A stretch of DNA of 59,756 bases from Gemmatimonadota bacterium (GTDB lineage: Bacteria > Gemmatimonadota > Gemmatimonadetes > Gemmatimonadales > GWC2-71-9): NCBI GenBank assembly GCA_039591655.1, contig JBDHDE010000012.1:1-59756 (forward strand), read 5' to 3'. The notes under the pieces were generated by a model. It had not been told where the DNA came from. It saw only the letters and a list, made by a program, of their open reading frames with translations, and ran no database searches. Of the stretch, positions 9,927 to 19,408 are shown one piece after another (position 1 is the stretch's first letter; each line of letters opens with the position of its first letter). A program made the position numbers and the translations under genes.

Positions 9927-10045
9927 CTTCCCACCTCCTCGATCGACGACCGCAGCGCACAGGGGCTTGTGCTCCCCCGCGCCGCTCGGCTATGCATTCG
10001 TCCCCGCGCGGGCCGGGCCGACCCCGCCCGCGCCGAAGTGTGAAG

Positions 10046-10051
10046 TATAAT
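10046..10051 (+). promoter_or_regulatory. sigma70 -10 hexamer
   Basis: Perfect TATAAT in a GC-rich background about 40 bp upstream of the start at 10093; no good -35. Confidence 0.4.
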
Positions 10052-10092
10052 AGATCGCAAGAGCGACCTGACACGTGAAGGGTGAGGGGTAA

Positions 10093-11007
10093 GTGAACCA
10101 GTCGAAGACGAGCCGACGGGTGGGAGTCGTGCTGTGGATCGCCGCCGTGATCCTGATGCTGGGTTCCGCCGTGTACCAGCGGCGTACCGGGCCGACGCGA
10201 CCGGTGCGGGGTGAATTCACCGTCGCTGGTGAGACCCACCGCTACCGCCTCAAGCGGAATCCGTACACCACCGAGGATGCCCGGATCGCGATCCCGAACC
10301 CGGGGCACAACGCCTCGGGGGCGGTTCTCTGGCGGCGCTATCCCACGAACGATGAGTACGCCACGGTGCCGCTCGCGGCGGAGGGTCAGGAGTTGGTGGC
10401 CCGCCTCCCGGTCCAGCCTTCCGCCGGGAAGCTGGAGTACTACCTGGTGTTGGACACGCCCGATGGCGGCCGTTGGCTCCCGGGCCGCGACGAGACCGTG
10501 GTCCTGCGATACAAAGACTCGGTGCCCATCGGGGTCTTGATCTCGCACATCGTGTTCATCTTCTTCGCCCTGTTGATTGGGCTGCGGGCCGGCCTAGGGG
10601 CGGCGTTCGACCCACGGGGAGTGCGGCGCCTCGCTTGGGTCACGCTCATGTGCATGACGGTCGGTGGCATGATCCTGGGGCCCATCGTCCAGAAGTACAC
10701 CTTCGGCGCGTACTGGACGGGCTTTCCCTTCGGTTACGACCTCACCGACAACAAGACGCTGATCATGTGGCTGGTGTGGGTCGTGGCGCTCGCCGTGCTC
10801 GGACTCAAGCCCAAGCAGGACGAGCGTGCGGGCCGGGCAGCCGTGGTCGTGGCGGCGCTGGTCGCGATGGTGGTGTACCTCATTCCCCACAGCCTGCGCG
10901 GCAGCGAGTTCGACTACTCGCAGTCGGACCAGGGCAGCACGGCTCCCTCGGCCGTCGAATCGGCCGCGCCGTCCCCCTCGCAGCCAGTCGACACAAGCAC
11001 GAGCTGA
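10093..11007 (+). CDS. Hypothetical integral membrane protein (N-terminal TM, soluble domain, 4 C-terminal TMs)
   Basis: GTG start after GAGGGG, coding-like GC3 pattern, hydrophobic segments, and motif-like stretches YQRRTGPT and GPIVQKYTFGAYWTGFPFGYDLTDNKT. Confidence 0.8.
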   Translation: MNQSKTSRRVGVVLWIAAVILMLGSAVYQRRTGPTRPVRGEFTVAGETHRYRLKRNPYTTEDARIAIPNPGHNASGAVLWRRYPTNDEYATVPLAAEGQELVARLPVQPSAGKLEYYLVLDTPDGGRWLPGRDETVVLRYKDSVPIGVLISHIVFIFFALLIGLRAGLGAAFDPRGVRRLAWVTLMCMTVGGMILGPIVQKYTFGAYWTGFPFGYDLTDNKTLIMWLVWVVALAVLGLKPKQDERAGRAAVVVAALVAMVVYLIPHSLRGSEFDYSQSDQGSTAPSAVESAAPSPSQPVDTSTS

Positions 11008-11047
11008 GCGCCACGAGGCCTTTACACATCGCCCAAGGAGATTTTGG

Positions 11048-11479
11048 ATGCCCACCAGCACTGCAACGGCCATCTGGAACGGTGAGCTGCGCTCCGGCAG
11101 CGGCAACTTCAGCGCCGGGTCGGGCGCTTTCGCCGGCGATTACACGTTTCCCACGCGCTTCGAGGGTGCGGCCGGGACGAACCCCGAAGAGCTGATTGCC
11201 GCCGCGCACGCGGCCTGCTTCAGCATGGCCCTCTCCGCCGGTCTGGAGAAGGCGGGGAGCGCCGCCACCCGCATCACTACGACGGCCTCCTGTACCTTGG
11301 ACATGGTAGAGGGCATTCCGACAATCACGCGGATACGACTCGAGGTGCGTGGCCTGGTGGACGGCATCGACCACGCGTCGTTCATGGCGGCCGCCGAGGG
11401 TGCCAAGGACAACTGCCCCGTTTCACGTGCCCTCAAGGGCAACGTGGAGGTCGAGATGGACGCCGCATTGGAGACGTGA
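11048..11479 (+). CDS. osmC: OsmC-family peroxiredoxin
   Basis: AAGGAG RBS, GTNPEELIAAAHAACFSMALS and NCPVSRAL two-Cys signature. Confidence 0.92.
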   Translation: MPTSTATAIWNGELRSGSGNFSAGSGAFAGDYTFPTRFEGAAGTNPEELIAAAHAACFSMALSAGLEKAGSAATRITTTASCTLDMVEGIPTITRIRLEVRGLVDGIDHASFMAAAEGAKDNCPVSRALKGNVEVEMDAALET

Positions 11480-11805
11480 CGCCGCATCCGATTCCGCAGC
11501 GCATTCATCGGGGCGAGCGGGACGTCGTGATCACCTGGACCGAGGATCACATAGGCGTGTTCCCGGCCCGGGAACTTCGGCTGGCGTGTCAGTGCGCGAC
11601 GTGCCGGGACGAGATGACCGGCCGGCCGCTCCTCGACGCGGCGACCATCGCCGAAGACATCCACGCCCTCGCCATCGATCTGGTCGGGAGCTACGCCATC
11701 CGCATTCAATGGAGCGACGGGCACGGGTCGGGGATCTACCCGTACGACTACCTGGTGTCGCTGTGTCCCTGCGACCGCTGCCGCCTGGCGGGGGGAGAGA
11801 CCTAA
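11476..11805 (+). CDS. DUF971 (GBBH-like N-terminal) domain protein
   Basis: LRLACQCATC, VGSYAIRIQWSDGHGSGIY, C-terminal CPCDRC; GTGA overlap with osmC. Confidence 0.85.
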   Translation: MTPHPIPQRIHRGERDVVITWTEDHIGVFPARELRLACQCATCRDEMTGRPLLDAATIAEDIHALAIDLVGSYAIRIQWSDGHGSGIYPYDYLVSLCPCDRCRLAGGET

Positions 11806-11810
11806 AACCT

Positions 11811-12761
11811 GTGGATCCCGTATGTCATACGCTGGTAGGGGCGACGCTGGCGGAGACCGGGCTGAAGCGCCGTACCGCCCTTGGAGCGGCCACCCTGGTG
11901 ATCGGGGCGAACCTGCCGGACCTGGACATTCTGGCCTACACGTTCGGCCCTGTCACGGCGCTGTGGTTCCGCCGCGGCGTGACCCACGGCATTCTCGGTC
12001 TGCTGGTGCTGCCACCGGTCCTCGTGCTCTTCATGTTGGCGTGGGATCGGTTGGTGCGCCGACGAGGGGGACGACCGTCGCAGCCTGCCGCCCGCCCCGG
12101 ACCACTGCTGCTGCTCGCCTACCTCGGGGCGGCCACGCATCCGCTGCTGGACTTCATGAACGTCTACGGCATGCGCTGGCTCATGCCGTTCTCGGATCGG
12201 TGGTACTACGGCGACACGCTGTTCATCGTGGATCCCTGGATCTGGGCAGCCCTGGCAGCCGGGATCTTCCTGGCGCGGAAACGGGCGGGCCTGAACCGCG
12301 GCCGGCTACAACCCGCGGCGATGGCCCTCGTGGCGCTGGTGCTCTACATCGGCCTGATGGGCGTCGCCAACGTGGCGGCCCGCGGCATCGTGACCCGCTC
12401 GCTGACGGCGTCCCTGGGACGCGCGCCACAGGACCTCATGGTGGCGCCGGTTCCGGTCGATCCCCTCAGGCGCTGGGTCGTCGCCGATGATGGCGAGCAC
12501 TACCGGTTCGGCAGCTTCCACTGGCTCGGGCGGCCGAAGTTCACGCTGGACGACCACGTCATCGAGCGATTCCCCGACGATCCCCTGGCCAGCGCAGCCA
12601 CCCGCGGGCCGACGGTCCGCAAGTTCCTGAGTTGGGCGCGGTTTCCCTATTACGTGGTGGAGCGGCGCCCCGGTGGGGCGGTGGTACACATCGGGGACGC
12701 CCGGTACACGCTGGTGGCCGAGGGATCCTGGGCGGGCATCAGCGTGCCGATGGGCGAGTGA
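11811..12761 (+). CDS. Membrane metal-dependent hydrolase (YdjM-like)
   Basis: MDPVCHTLVG, NLPDLD, RRGVTH, THPLLDFMNVYG motifs; GTG start at 11811. Confidence 0.85.
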   Translation: MDPVCHTLVGATLAETGLKRRTALGAATLVIGANLPDLDILAYTFGPVTALWFRRGVTHGILGLLVLPPVLVLFMLAWDRLVRRRGGRPSQPAARPGPLLLLAYLGAATHPLLDFMNVYGMRWLMPFSDRWYYGDTLFIVDPWIWAALAAGIFLARKRAGLNRGRLQPAAMALVALVLYIGLMGVANVAARGIVTRSLTASLGRAPQDLMVAPVPVDPLRRWVVADDGEHYRFGSFHWLGRPKFTLDDHVIERFPDDPLASAATRGPTVRKFLSWARFPYYVVERRPGGAVVHIGDARYTLVAEGSWAGISVPMGE

Positions 12762-12785
12762 CGGAGGGCCCGCAAGAACGACGAA

Positions 12786-12821
12786 CCCCGCAGCACCTAA
12801 CTCGCTGCGGGGCTTTCATTT
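12786..12821 (+). terminator. Intrinsic terminator
   Basis: CCCCGCAGC-9 nt-GCTGCGGGG followed by CTTTCATTT, between convergent genes. Confidence 0.65.
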
Positions 12822-12860
12822 GCCAATATGTCTAGCGCGCCTCGCCGGGGCCCGCTTCGG

Positions 12861-13343
12861 TCAGTGGCCGCCTAGCGCCGTGACCCGGATCTGATTCCAG
12901 GGTGCTTCCTGCGCTCGATTGTGCCGCTGCACCGCGTCCCGGGCGCTGCGCACGCCGCGCAATACGCTGCGCCGGAAGTCCAGCGGTAGCTCGTCGGTCT
13001 TGGCGGGCAGCGAGATCGAGGCGACGAAGTCGTTGAGGTAGCAGCGCCGGTCCGACGGCGCGCCGCCGGGCTTCGCGAGCACCCGGTTGTGGACCAGCTC
13101 GACGTCCACACGGACGCTGTCGCGGTAGCGGAACAGCCGGGCCACGAGCTGGCCGCGTCCGATGCCATCAGGGAAGCTCACGGGCACGATGAACCGGTAG
13201 CCCCCGTCCTCCGACTCGCTGCGGACGACGTCATCGGGGGCGACGGGCTGCAGCATGGCCTCGACCTGGGAAGCCAGCGACTCGACGGTCTCTTCGAGCT
13301 CCCGGTAGAGCAGGCCAACGCTGCTGTCAGTGCATCCGGTCAT
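12861..13343 (-). CDS. Hypothetical cytoplasmic protein (~160 aa)
   Basis: GGAG RBS before ATG 13343, protein-like composition, fills the gap between convergent and divergent genes; no recognised family. Confidence 0.7.
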   Translation of the reverse strand: MTGCTDSSVGLLYRELEETVESLASQVEAMLQPVAPDDVVRSESEDGGYRFIVPVSFPDGIGRGQLVARLFRYRDSVRVDVELVHNRVLAKPGGAPSDRRCYLNDFVASISLPAKTDELPLDFRRSVLRGVRSARDAVQRHNRAQEAPWNQIRVTALGGH

Positions 13344-13387
13344 CTGAGGCTCCAGGGGTTTGGTTCGCCTCACCCACATGCTAAAAT

Positions 13388-13403
13388 TGCGAAAACCGTG
13401 CCA
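13388..13403 (-). promoter_or_regulatory. sigma54 (-24/-12) promoter
   Basis: TGGCACG-GTTT-TCGCA versus consensus TGGCACG-N4-TTGCW (1 mismatch, GG and GC intact), 45 bp upstream of the hypothetical gene. Confidence 0.6.
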
Positions 13404-13601
13404 GGGTTCCCGTGCTCCGCGTCACGCTCCGAACCCGTTTCAATATAAGCAATTGCAGGGTCGGCTTCCGATGGGGTCCCGACCGGGGCGCCGGAATGGC
13501 ACCCTGACCTGTCCCAAGTTGAGTACAGTTTGGCGAATCGCGACGATGTGAGGACCGTCACGCCTGGCCCGGAACCCACCATCTTCGTACAATGCACCCC
13601 T

Positions 13602-14636
13602 ATGGTCGGACCAACCCTCGACGCCCTCGGCCGTCCGCTGCGGAGTCTCCGCGTTTCAGTCACCGACCGGTGCAACCTGCGGTGCCGCTACTGCATGCCG
13701 GAGGAGGAGTACGTCTGGCTCCCACGGCAGTCGCTACTGGCCTATGAGGAGACTGCGCGCCTGGCCCGGATCTTCTCCACGTTGGGTGTCGCGAAGGTGC
13801 GGATCACAGGTGGTGAGCCACTGCTGCGGCGCGACCTCGCGCGCTTGATCGCGCTGCTTGCCGGGGACGAGCGGATCACCGACCTGGCGCTGACGACCAA
13901 CGGGCTGCTACTGGCGCGCCACGCAGCCGTCCTCAAGGAGGCCGGCCTCGACCGGGTGACGGTGAGCCTCGATACGCTGCGGCCCGACCGATTCAAGGAG
14001 TTCGCGGGCCGTGGGCGGCTCGCGGACGTGCTGCAAGGGATCGCCGCAGTGCGGGATGCCGGCTTCGTTGGGACCAAGCTCAACACGGTAGTCATCCGCG
14101 GACTCAACGACGACGAGATCGTGGACCTCCTGGAGTTTGGACGGGCCAATGACGTGGAGGTCCGCTTCATCGAGTACATGGATGTGGGTGGTGCGACGCA
14201 GTGGTCCCAGGATGACGTCGTTCCCCACGGCGAGATTCTCGACGCGGTGCAGCGGCGCCTCGGCCGCTGCGAACCCCGGTTGGAGGGAGCGCCGCAAGGC
14301 GCGCCGGCGGAGCGCTTCTCTCTGCCCGACGGCACGACATTCGGCGTCATCGCATCCACCACCGCCCCGTTCTGCCGCAGCTGCGACCGCAGCCGGCTGA
14401 CCGCCGATGGCATGTGGTACTGCTGTCTCTACGCGGACACCGGGACCAACCTCAAAGAGCTGCTGCGCCGCGGTGCGTCAGGAGAGGAAATCGCCCAGGT
14501 GATCGCCGCCACCTGGAGGGGGCGCGCAGACCGGGGGGCTGAACAGCGGCTCGCGGACCCCGAGCGGGGGCCGCTCTATCGGGTGGAGGGGTTGAAGGCG
14601 GATCCGCATCGGGAGATGCACACCAGGGGAGGCTGA
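13602..14636 (+). CDS. moaA: GTP 3',8-cyclase MoaA
   Basis: LRVSVTDRCNLRCRYC radical-SAM motif, FCRSCDRSRLTADG…C second cluster, C-terminal GG. Confidence 0.95.
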   Translation: MVGPTLDALGRPLRSLRVSVTDRCNLRCRYCMPEEEYVWLPRQSLLAYEETARLARIFSTLGVAKVRITGGEPLLRRDLARLIALLAGDERITDLALTTNGLLLARHAAVLKEAGLDRVTVSLDTLRPDRFKEFAGRGRLADVLQGIAAVRDAGFVGTKLNTVVIRGLNDDEIVDLLEFGRANDVEVRFIEYMDVGGATQWSQDDVVPHGEILDAVQRRLGRCEPRLEGAPQGAPAERFSLPDGTTFGVIASTTAPFCRSCDRSRLTADGMWYCCLYADTGTNLKELLRRGASGEEIAQVIAATWRGRADRGAEQRLADPERGPLYRVEGLKADPHREMHTRGG

Positions 14637-14643
14637 GCGGAAC

Positions 14644-15768
14644 ATGATCTCCGGAATGTACGGGCCCCGACAAACTGTCCTGCTCCTCGCACTGCTCATC
14701 ACCGCGACCGCCTGCTCCAAGAAGCCTCCTCCCGACTACGCTCCCGACCCCGGACTCGTCTCGCAGATCCGCGAGATCCGGATACTCCCCCGAGTGGCCG
14801 CCGTGTGCCCGGGACGGACCATTCAGGTGGACTATCACGCGGTGCTGGCCGACGGTCGCGTCATTGCGTTCGCGCGCAAGTACGATGATGACGACCCCCC
14901 GCCGCTCCACGTGATCTTCCTGCGACGCACGAGCCCGGAGGCTGTGAGCCAAGAAGACGGAGACTGGAATACGGCTCCGGCCGCCCTGGTAAGCGCAATG
15001 CACGGTTTCCGGCTCAGCGTGGAGCTCAGGGCCGACCCTGCGCTTTCCGCCTCGGCGGTGGTGCCACCGGAGTACTCGTGCTTGCGTCATGCCTATCGAT
15101 TCGACGGGCGAGCGGGGGCCCGCGGCGAGCCGGGCTTCCCGGGTCCGGACGTGTTGGTCCGGTTGGGCGAGCTGAGCTCGCCGTTCTACGAGCGCCTCCT
15201 CGTGGTGGCGATCGAAGTCGGCGACGCTCCGCCCTTCTACCTGCTCCAGGATCCGCTGGCGGTCTCACCGTCGGACTGGCTGAGGATCGACTCCCGCGGG
15301 GGTCGCGGCGGCCGGGGCGAGAAGGGCGCTGGGGGAGCACGGGGCCGGCAGGGAGCAGCGGGCTGCCCCGGCACTCAGGGTGGACCGGGTGGCCGGGGGG
15401 GTCCCGGTGGCCCCGGGGGTCCTGGGGGATCGGGGGGGCATGTGACGGTAATGGTGCCCGGCGAGCTGCCCTACCTCGCCGGCGTGGTGGAGGCCCGCAG
15501 TCCCGGGGGGCAGGGGGGCTCGGGCGGGCCGGGAGGCGACGGCGGCCGTGGGGGAGAGGGTGGAGAGGGGGTAACCGTGAGTGGTCGCCGCTGCGCAGGT
15601 GGCCCAACAGGCGAGCCCGGGCCCAGGGGTGAGACGGGGCCGGAGGGTGCCTCCGGGCAGCCCGGACCCCGGGCCAGGGTGATCACGGTCTCCGCCGCCG
15701 ACGTCTTCGGGCGGCCGGTCCCCCCGGGGTTGCAGGCCCTCTTAGATTATGCGCGCCGCCAGGACTGA
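14644..15768 (+). CDS. Lipoprotein with interrupted Gly-X-Y (collagen-like/polyglycine) repeats
   Basis: Lipobox ITATA|C and four Gly-X-Y blocks at 15106-15672. The start may be 14644 or 14656. Confidence 0.8.
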   Translation: MISGMYGPRQTVLLLALLITATACSKKPPPDYAPDPGLVSQIREIRILPRVAAVCPGRTIQVDYHAVLADGRVIAFARKYDDDDPPPLHVIFLRRTSPEAVSQEDGDWNTAPAALVSAMHGFRLSVELRADPALSASAVVPPEYSCLRHAYRFDGRAGARGEPGFPGPDVLVRLGELSSPFYERLLVVAIEVGDAPPFYLLQDPLAVSPSDWLRIDSRGGRGGRGEKGAGGARGRQGAAGCPGTQGGPGGRGGPGGPGGPGGSGGHVTVMVPGELPYLAGVVEARSPGGQGGSGGPGGDGGRGGEGGEGVTVSGRRCAGGPTGEPGPRGETGPEGASGQPGPRARVITVSAADVFGRPVPPGLQALLDYARRQD

Positions 15769-15985
15769 ATGGGGCAAGGCAATCTTTAATAGGTCGTTCA
15801 TAGATCCTATCACGAATCTTGGAAGTCGGCTGTTAGGATTGTGCGGGGCGCGGAGCCGGGTGGTAACCCCTTATCGTGTACGCACCTGGGTGCTGGGCGA
15901 CCGGTGCGCTACATGGGGGAGGCCAACCGCGACTTCTCGCCCCGCTTTTGAGTGAGGTGCCAATCGGTAATCAGGAGCTAGGCTC

Positions 15986-17122
15986 GTGATCATTTCCGTA
16001 CCAAAAGAGAGTGGCGCCATTGAGCGTCGGGTCGCGCTGACCCCCGATGTCGTCAAGCGCCTGGTGAAGCAAGGCGTCGAGGTGCACGTGGAGCACGACG
16101 CCGGTATGGCGGCCTCCTACACCAACGAGGCCTACACCGAGGCAGGGGCGAAGGTCGTGCAGGATGCCGGCGCGCTGTGGCGTGAGGCGGACATCGTAGT
16201 GGTCGTGGGGCAGCCCGAGGGCGAGCTGCCTGCCATGAAGCAGGGCGGTGTCCTAGTGGGGATGCTCTACCCCCTCACGAGGCCCGACCTCGTGGAGAAG
16301 CTCGCCCAAGCCAAGGTGACGAGCTTCAGCCTCGACCAGCTGCCGCGCATCAGTCGCGCCCAGGTAATGGACATCCTCTCCTCGATGAGCACGATCGCCG
16401 GCTATAAGGCGGTCCTGCTGGCCGCGGCGCACCACGGGAAGTTCATGCCGATGCTGGTGACGGCGGCCGGCACGGTTGCCCCGGCCAAGGTGTTCATCCT
16501 CGGCGCCGGGGTGGCGGGGTTGCAGGCCATCGCGACGGCGCGCAGGCTCGGCGCCGTCGTCTCGGCGTTCGACGTCCGGCCGGCGGTGAAGGAGCAGGTT
16601 GAGAGCCTCGGCGCGAAGTTCGTCGAGGCCGAGGCGCTGGAGAGCGAGGGTGAGGGCGGCTACGCTAAGGAGCTGTCCGAAGAGCAACACCGGCGCGAGC
16701 AGGAGCTGCTGCACAACCACATGAAGAAGATGGACGTGGTTATCACCACGGCCCTGATCCCGGGCAAGCCCGCCCCCGAGCTCATCACGGAGGCGATGGT
16801 GAAGGACATGCGGCCCGGCACCGTGATCGTGGATCTGGCAGCGGAGATGGGTGGCAACTGCGCGCTCACGGAGAAGGGTGAGACGGTGGAGCGCCACGGG
16901 GTGACCATCATGGGCCCGCTGAACCTGGCGGCCGGCACACCGGTCCACGCCAGCCAGATGTTTGCCAAGAACATGTCCGCCTTCCTCGGCTCGATCATCA
17001 AGGAGGGGGCGCTCAACCTCGACTTCGAGGACGAGGTCGTGAAGGGGACCTGCATTACGCATGAAGGCCGCGTCGCGCACGAAGCGACGCAGCAAGCCAT
17101 GGAGGGAGTGAAGGCGTCATGA
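15986..17122 (+). CDS. pntAA: NAD(P) transhydrogenase subunit alpha part 1 (dI)
   Basis: KES…ERRVALTP, GAGVAGLQAIATA, GEGGYAKE, DLAAEMGGNC. Confidence 0.95.
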   Translation: MIISVPKESGAIERRVALTPDVVKRLVKQGVEVHVEHDAGMAASYTNEAYTEAGAKVVQDAGALWREADIVVVVGQPEGELPAMKQGGVLVGMLYPLTRPDLVEKLAQAKVTSFSLDQLPRISRAQVMDILSSMSTIAGYKAVLLAAAHHGKFMPMLVTAAGTVAPAKVFILGAGVAGLQAIATARRLGAVVSAFDVRPAVKEQVESLGAKFVEAEALESEGEGGYAKELSEEQHRREQELLHNHMKKMDVVITTALIPGKPAPELITEAMVKDMRPGTVIVDLAAEMGGNCALTEKGETVERHGVTIMGPLNLAAGTPVHASQMFAKNMSAFLGSIIKEGALNLDFEDEVVKGTCITHEGRVAHEATQQAMEGVKAS

Positions 17123-17415
17123 TAGAGGAACTCGTTGCACTGTTTGTGGTCTTCGTGCTGGCGATCTTCGTCGGCTTCGAGGTCATCACGAAGGTGCCGC
17201 CCACCCTGCACACGCCGCTGATGTCGGGCTCCAATGCGATCTCGGGCATCACCATCATCGGCGCGCTGATCATGGCGGGGCAGGGCGATACGCGGCTGGC
17301 GTCCATCCTCGGGCTGGTCGCTGTGATCTTCGCGATGATCAACGTAGTGGGCGGCTTCCTGGTCACTGACCGGATGCTCCAGATGTTCAAGCGGAAGCCG
17401 GAGGAGCAGAAATGA
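17119..17415 (+). CDS. pntAB: NAD(P) transhydrogenase subunit alpha part 2
   Basis: VPPTLHTPLMSGSNAISG, NVVGGFLVTDRMLQMF. Confidence 0.95.
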   Translation: MIEELVALFVVFVLAIFVGFEVITKVPPTLHTPLMSGSNAISGITIIGALIMAGQGDTRLASILGLVAVIFAMINVVGGFLVTDRMLQMFKRKPEEQK

Positions 17416-18809
17416 TGGACGCCCTCGTAAAACTCTTCTATCTGCTCGCGGCCGTCCTCTTCATCTTCGGTCTCAAGCGTCTCAGCTCGCCGGCAACCGC
17501 GCGGTCAGGCAATTGGCTGGCCTCGCTCGGCATGCTGATCGCGATCGTGGTCACGCTGCTGTTCCAGGACATCTTGACGTGGCGCATGATCATCATCGGG
17601 ATGATCATCGGGTCGCTCATCGGCGCGACGTTCGCCCGCATGATCAAGATGACGGCCATGCCACAGATGGTCGGCCTGCTGAACGGCTTCGGCGGTGGCG
17701 CTTCGGCGCTGGTGGCGTCGGCCGAGTACTTCCGCTACATGGCCCAGCAGGGTGGGGAGATTCCCCTCAACTTCGGTGTCGCTATCCAGCTGTCGGTGCT
17801 GATCGGCACGCTGACGTTCACCGGGAGCCTGGTGGCGTTCGGCAAGTTGCAGGAGCTGGTGACGGGCCGGGCGGTCACCTACCCGTTGCAGAAGACCGTC
17901 AACGCTATCATTCTCGTGGGCACCATCGGGCTGGCCGTGTGGCTGGTGATCGAGCCCAACAATCCGATGGCCCTCTACGGCGTCCTGGTGGGCGCGGCCC
18001 TGCTGGGAGTCACATCGGTGATCCCCATCGGCGGCGCCGATATGCCCGTGGTGATATCTCTGTTGAACTCGTACTCTGGCATCGCGGCGGCGATGACCGG
18101 GTTCGTGATCAACAACGAGGGTCTGATCATCAGCGGCGCGCTGGTGGGCGCCTCGGGGCTGATCCTCACCAACATCATGTGCCGGGCCATGAACCGGTCG
18201 CTGGCCAACGTGTTGTTCGGAGCCTTCGGCGCTACGGTGGCGGAGATCGGCGGTCCGGAGGGCGCCCCGGGCGACCTGACGGTGCGATCCCTCACTCACG
18301 AGGACGCGGCGACCATGCTGGCCTACGCCCGACAGGTGGTGTTCACGCCGGGGTACGGTCTCGCCGTGGCCCAGGCGCAGCACGAAGTGCGGGAGCTGGC
18401 GGACATGCTGGAGGAGCGGGGCGTGCAGGTCAAGTACGCCGTCCACCCGGTGGCGGGCCGCATGCCCGGGCACATGAACGTGCTGCTGGCCGAGGCCGAC
18501 GTGCCCTACGACCAGCTATACGACATGGACCAGATCAATCCCGAGTTCCCACAGACCGACGTTTCGGTGGTGATCGGCGCCAACGACGTCGTCAACCCGG
18601 TGGCACGGCACGACAAGTCGAGCCCGCTCTACGGGATGCCGATCCTGGACGTGGACAAGGCGGCGCACTGCATCGTGATGAAGCGCTCCATGCGTCCGGG
18701 GTTCGCCGGCGTCGACAACGAGTTGTTCTATCAGGAGAAGACGTCGATGCTGTTCGGCGACGCCAAGGACTCGTTCAAGAAGCTGATCCAGGAGGTGCAG
18801 CAGCTGTAA
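17412..18809 (+). CDS. pntB: NAD(P) transhydrogenase subunit beta
   Basis: MTAMPQMV, IGGADMPVVISLLNSYSG, HPVAGRMPGHMNVLLAEA. Confidence 0.96.
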   Translation: MMDALVKLFYLLAAVLFIFGLKRLSSPATARSGNWLASLGMLIAIVVTLLFQDILTWRMIIIGMIIGSLIGATFARMIKMTAMPQMVGLLNGFGGGASALVASAEYFRYMAQQGGEIPLNFGVAIQLSVLIGTLTFTGSLVAFGKLQELVTGRAVTYPLQKTVNAIILVGTIGLAVWLVIEPNNPMALYGVLVGAALLGVTSVIPIGGADMPVVISLLNSYSGIAAAMTGFVINNEGLIISGALVGASGLILTNIMCRAMNRSLANVLFGAFGATVAEIGGPEGAPGDLTVRSLTHEDAATMLAYARQVVFTPGYGLAVAQAQHEVRELADMLEERGVQVKYAVHPVAGRMPGHMNVLLAEADVPYDQLYDMDQINPEFPQTDVSVVIGANDVVNPVARHDKSSPLYGMPILDVDKAAHCIVMKRSMRPGFAGVDNELFYQEKTSMLFGDAKDSFKKLIQEVQQL

Positions 18810-18833
18810 CCGCTGGATCGGCCGGTGGCACAG

Positions 18834-18871
18834 AGAGCGGATGGGGCGCGACCCCATCCGCTCTTCCGTTT
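18834..18871 (+). terminator. Intrinsic terminator after the pnt operon (possibly bidirectional)
   Basis: 13-bp perfect stem AGAGCGGATGGGG/CCCCATCCGCTCT, 5-nt loop, then TCCGTTT. Confidence 0.75.
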
Positions 18872-18894
18872 AGGGGGAGGGGTGAACCGAGCGC

Positions 18895-19359
18895 CTAGCG
18901 CCCGTACGTCCCGGTCGTAGCTGCCTCCTCCAGGATGTGTCCCTCCATCGCCTGCAACAGCACGGCCTTGGTGGCCGCCGGCGGGAGGTCCAGCGTCGCG
19001 TCGAGGGCGTAGAGCGTGAAGACGTACCGGTGCGGCGGGCCAGGGGGCGGGCAGGGTCCGCCGTAGCCCGTCTTGCGGAAGTCGTTGACGCCCTGGCTGG
19101 CAGCAACCGGGCGCGTGATCTCCGGTTCCGTGGGGAAGTCGGCTGGGAGCGTCGTGATGGAGACCGGGAGCCCGTACAGCACCCAGTGGACCCAGGTCCC
19201 CCCGGGCGCGTCCGGATCGTCCATGATCAACGCCAGCTCCTTCGCCCCCGGCGGCACGCCGGTGACCACTAGCGGCGGCGATCTGTCGGCGGCATCGCAG
19301 GTGTGCGCTCGGGGGATGGGGCCCCCATCGGAGAACGCGGGACTCGAGATCTGGAGCAT
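18895..19359 (-). CDS. YbhB/YbcL (PEBP/RKIP-like) protein
   Basis: DDPDAP, WVHW, YGGPCPPPG, HRYVFTLYALD. Confidence 0.92.
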   Translation of the reverse strand: MLQISSPAFSDGGPIPRAHTCDAADRSPPLVVTGVPPGAKELALIMDDPDAPGGTWVHWVLYGLPVSITTLPADFPTEPEITRPVAASQGVNDFRKTGYGGPCPPPGPPHRYVFTLYALDATLDLPPAATKAVLLQAMEGHILEEAATTGTYGR

Positions 19360-19408
19360 GACGGAACCCTCGGGGGCTGCGTCGTGGTTGATGTGATGGT
19401 CGGCGCAA

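Noticed and set aside
15795..15816. Rex operator upstream of the pnt operon
   Set aside because: Only one half-site (TCACGA) resembles TTGTGAA-N4-TTCACAA; the other half does not match.
15986..17415. Split pntA as a pseudogene
   Set aside because: The three-subunit PntAA/PntAB/PntB organisation is a well-known natural form.
19360..19408. Lost lipoprotein leader on the YbhB gene (in-frame CADHHINHDAAPEGSV before the ATG)
   Set aside because: No in-frame start or hydrophobic leader; cytoplasmic YbhB forms starting at this position are common.
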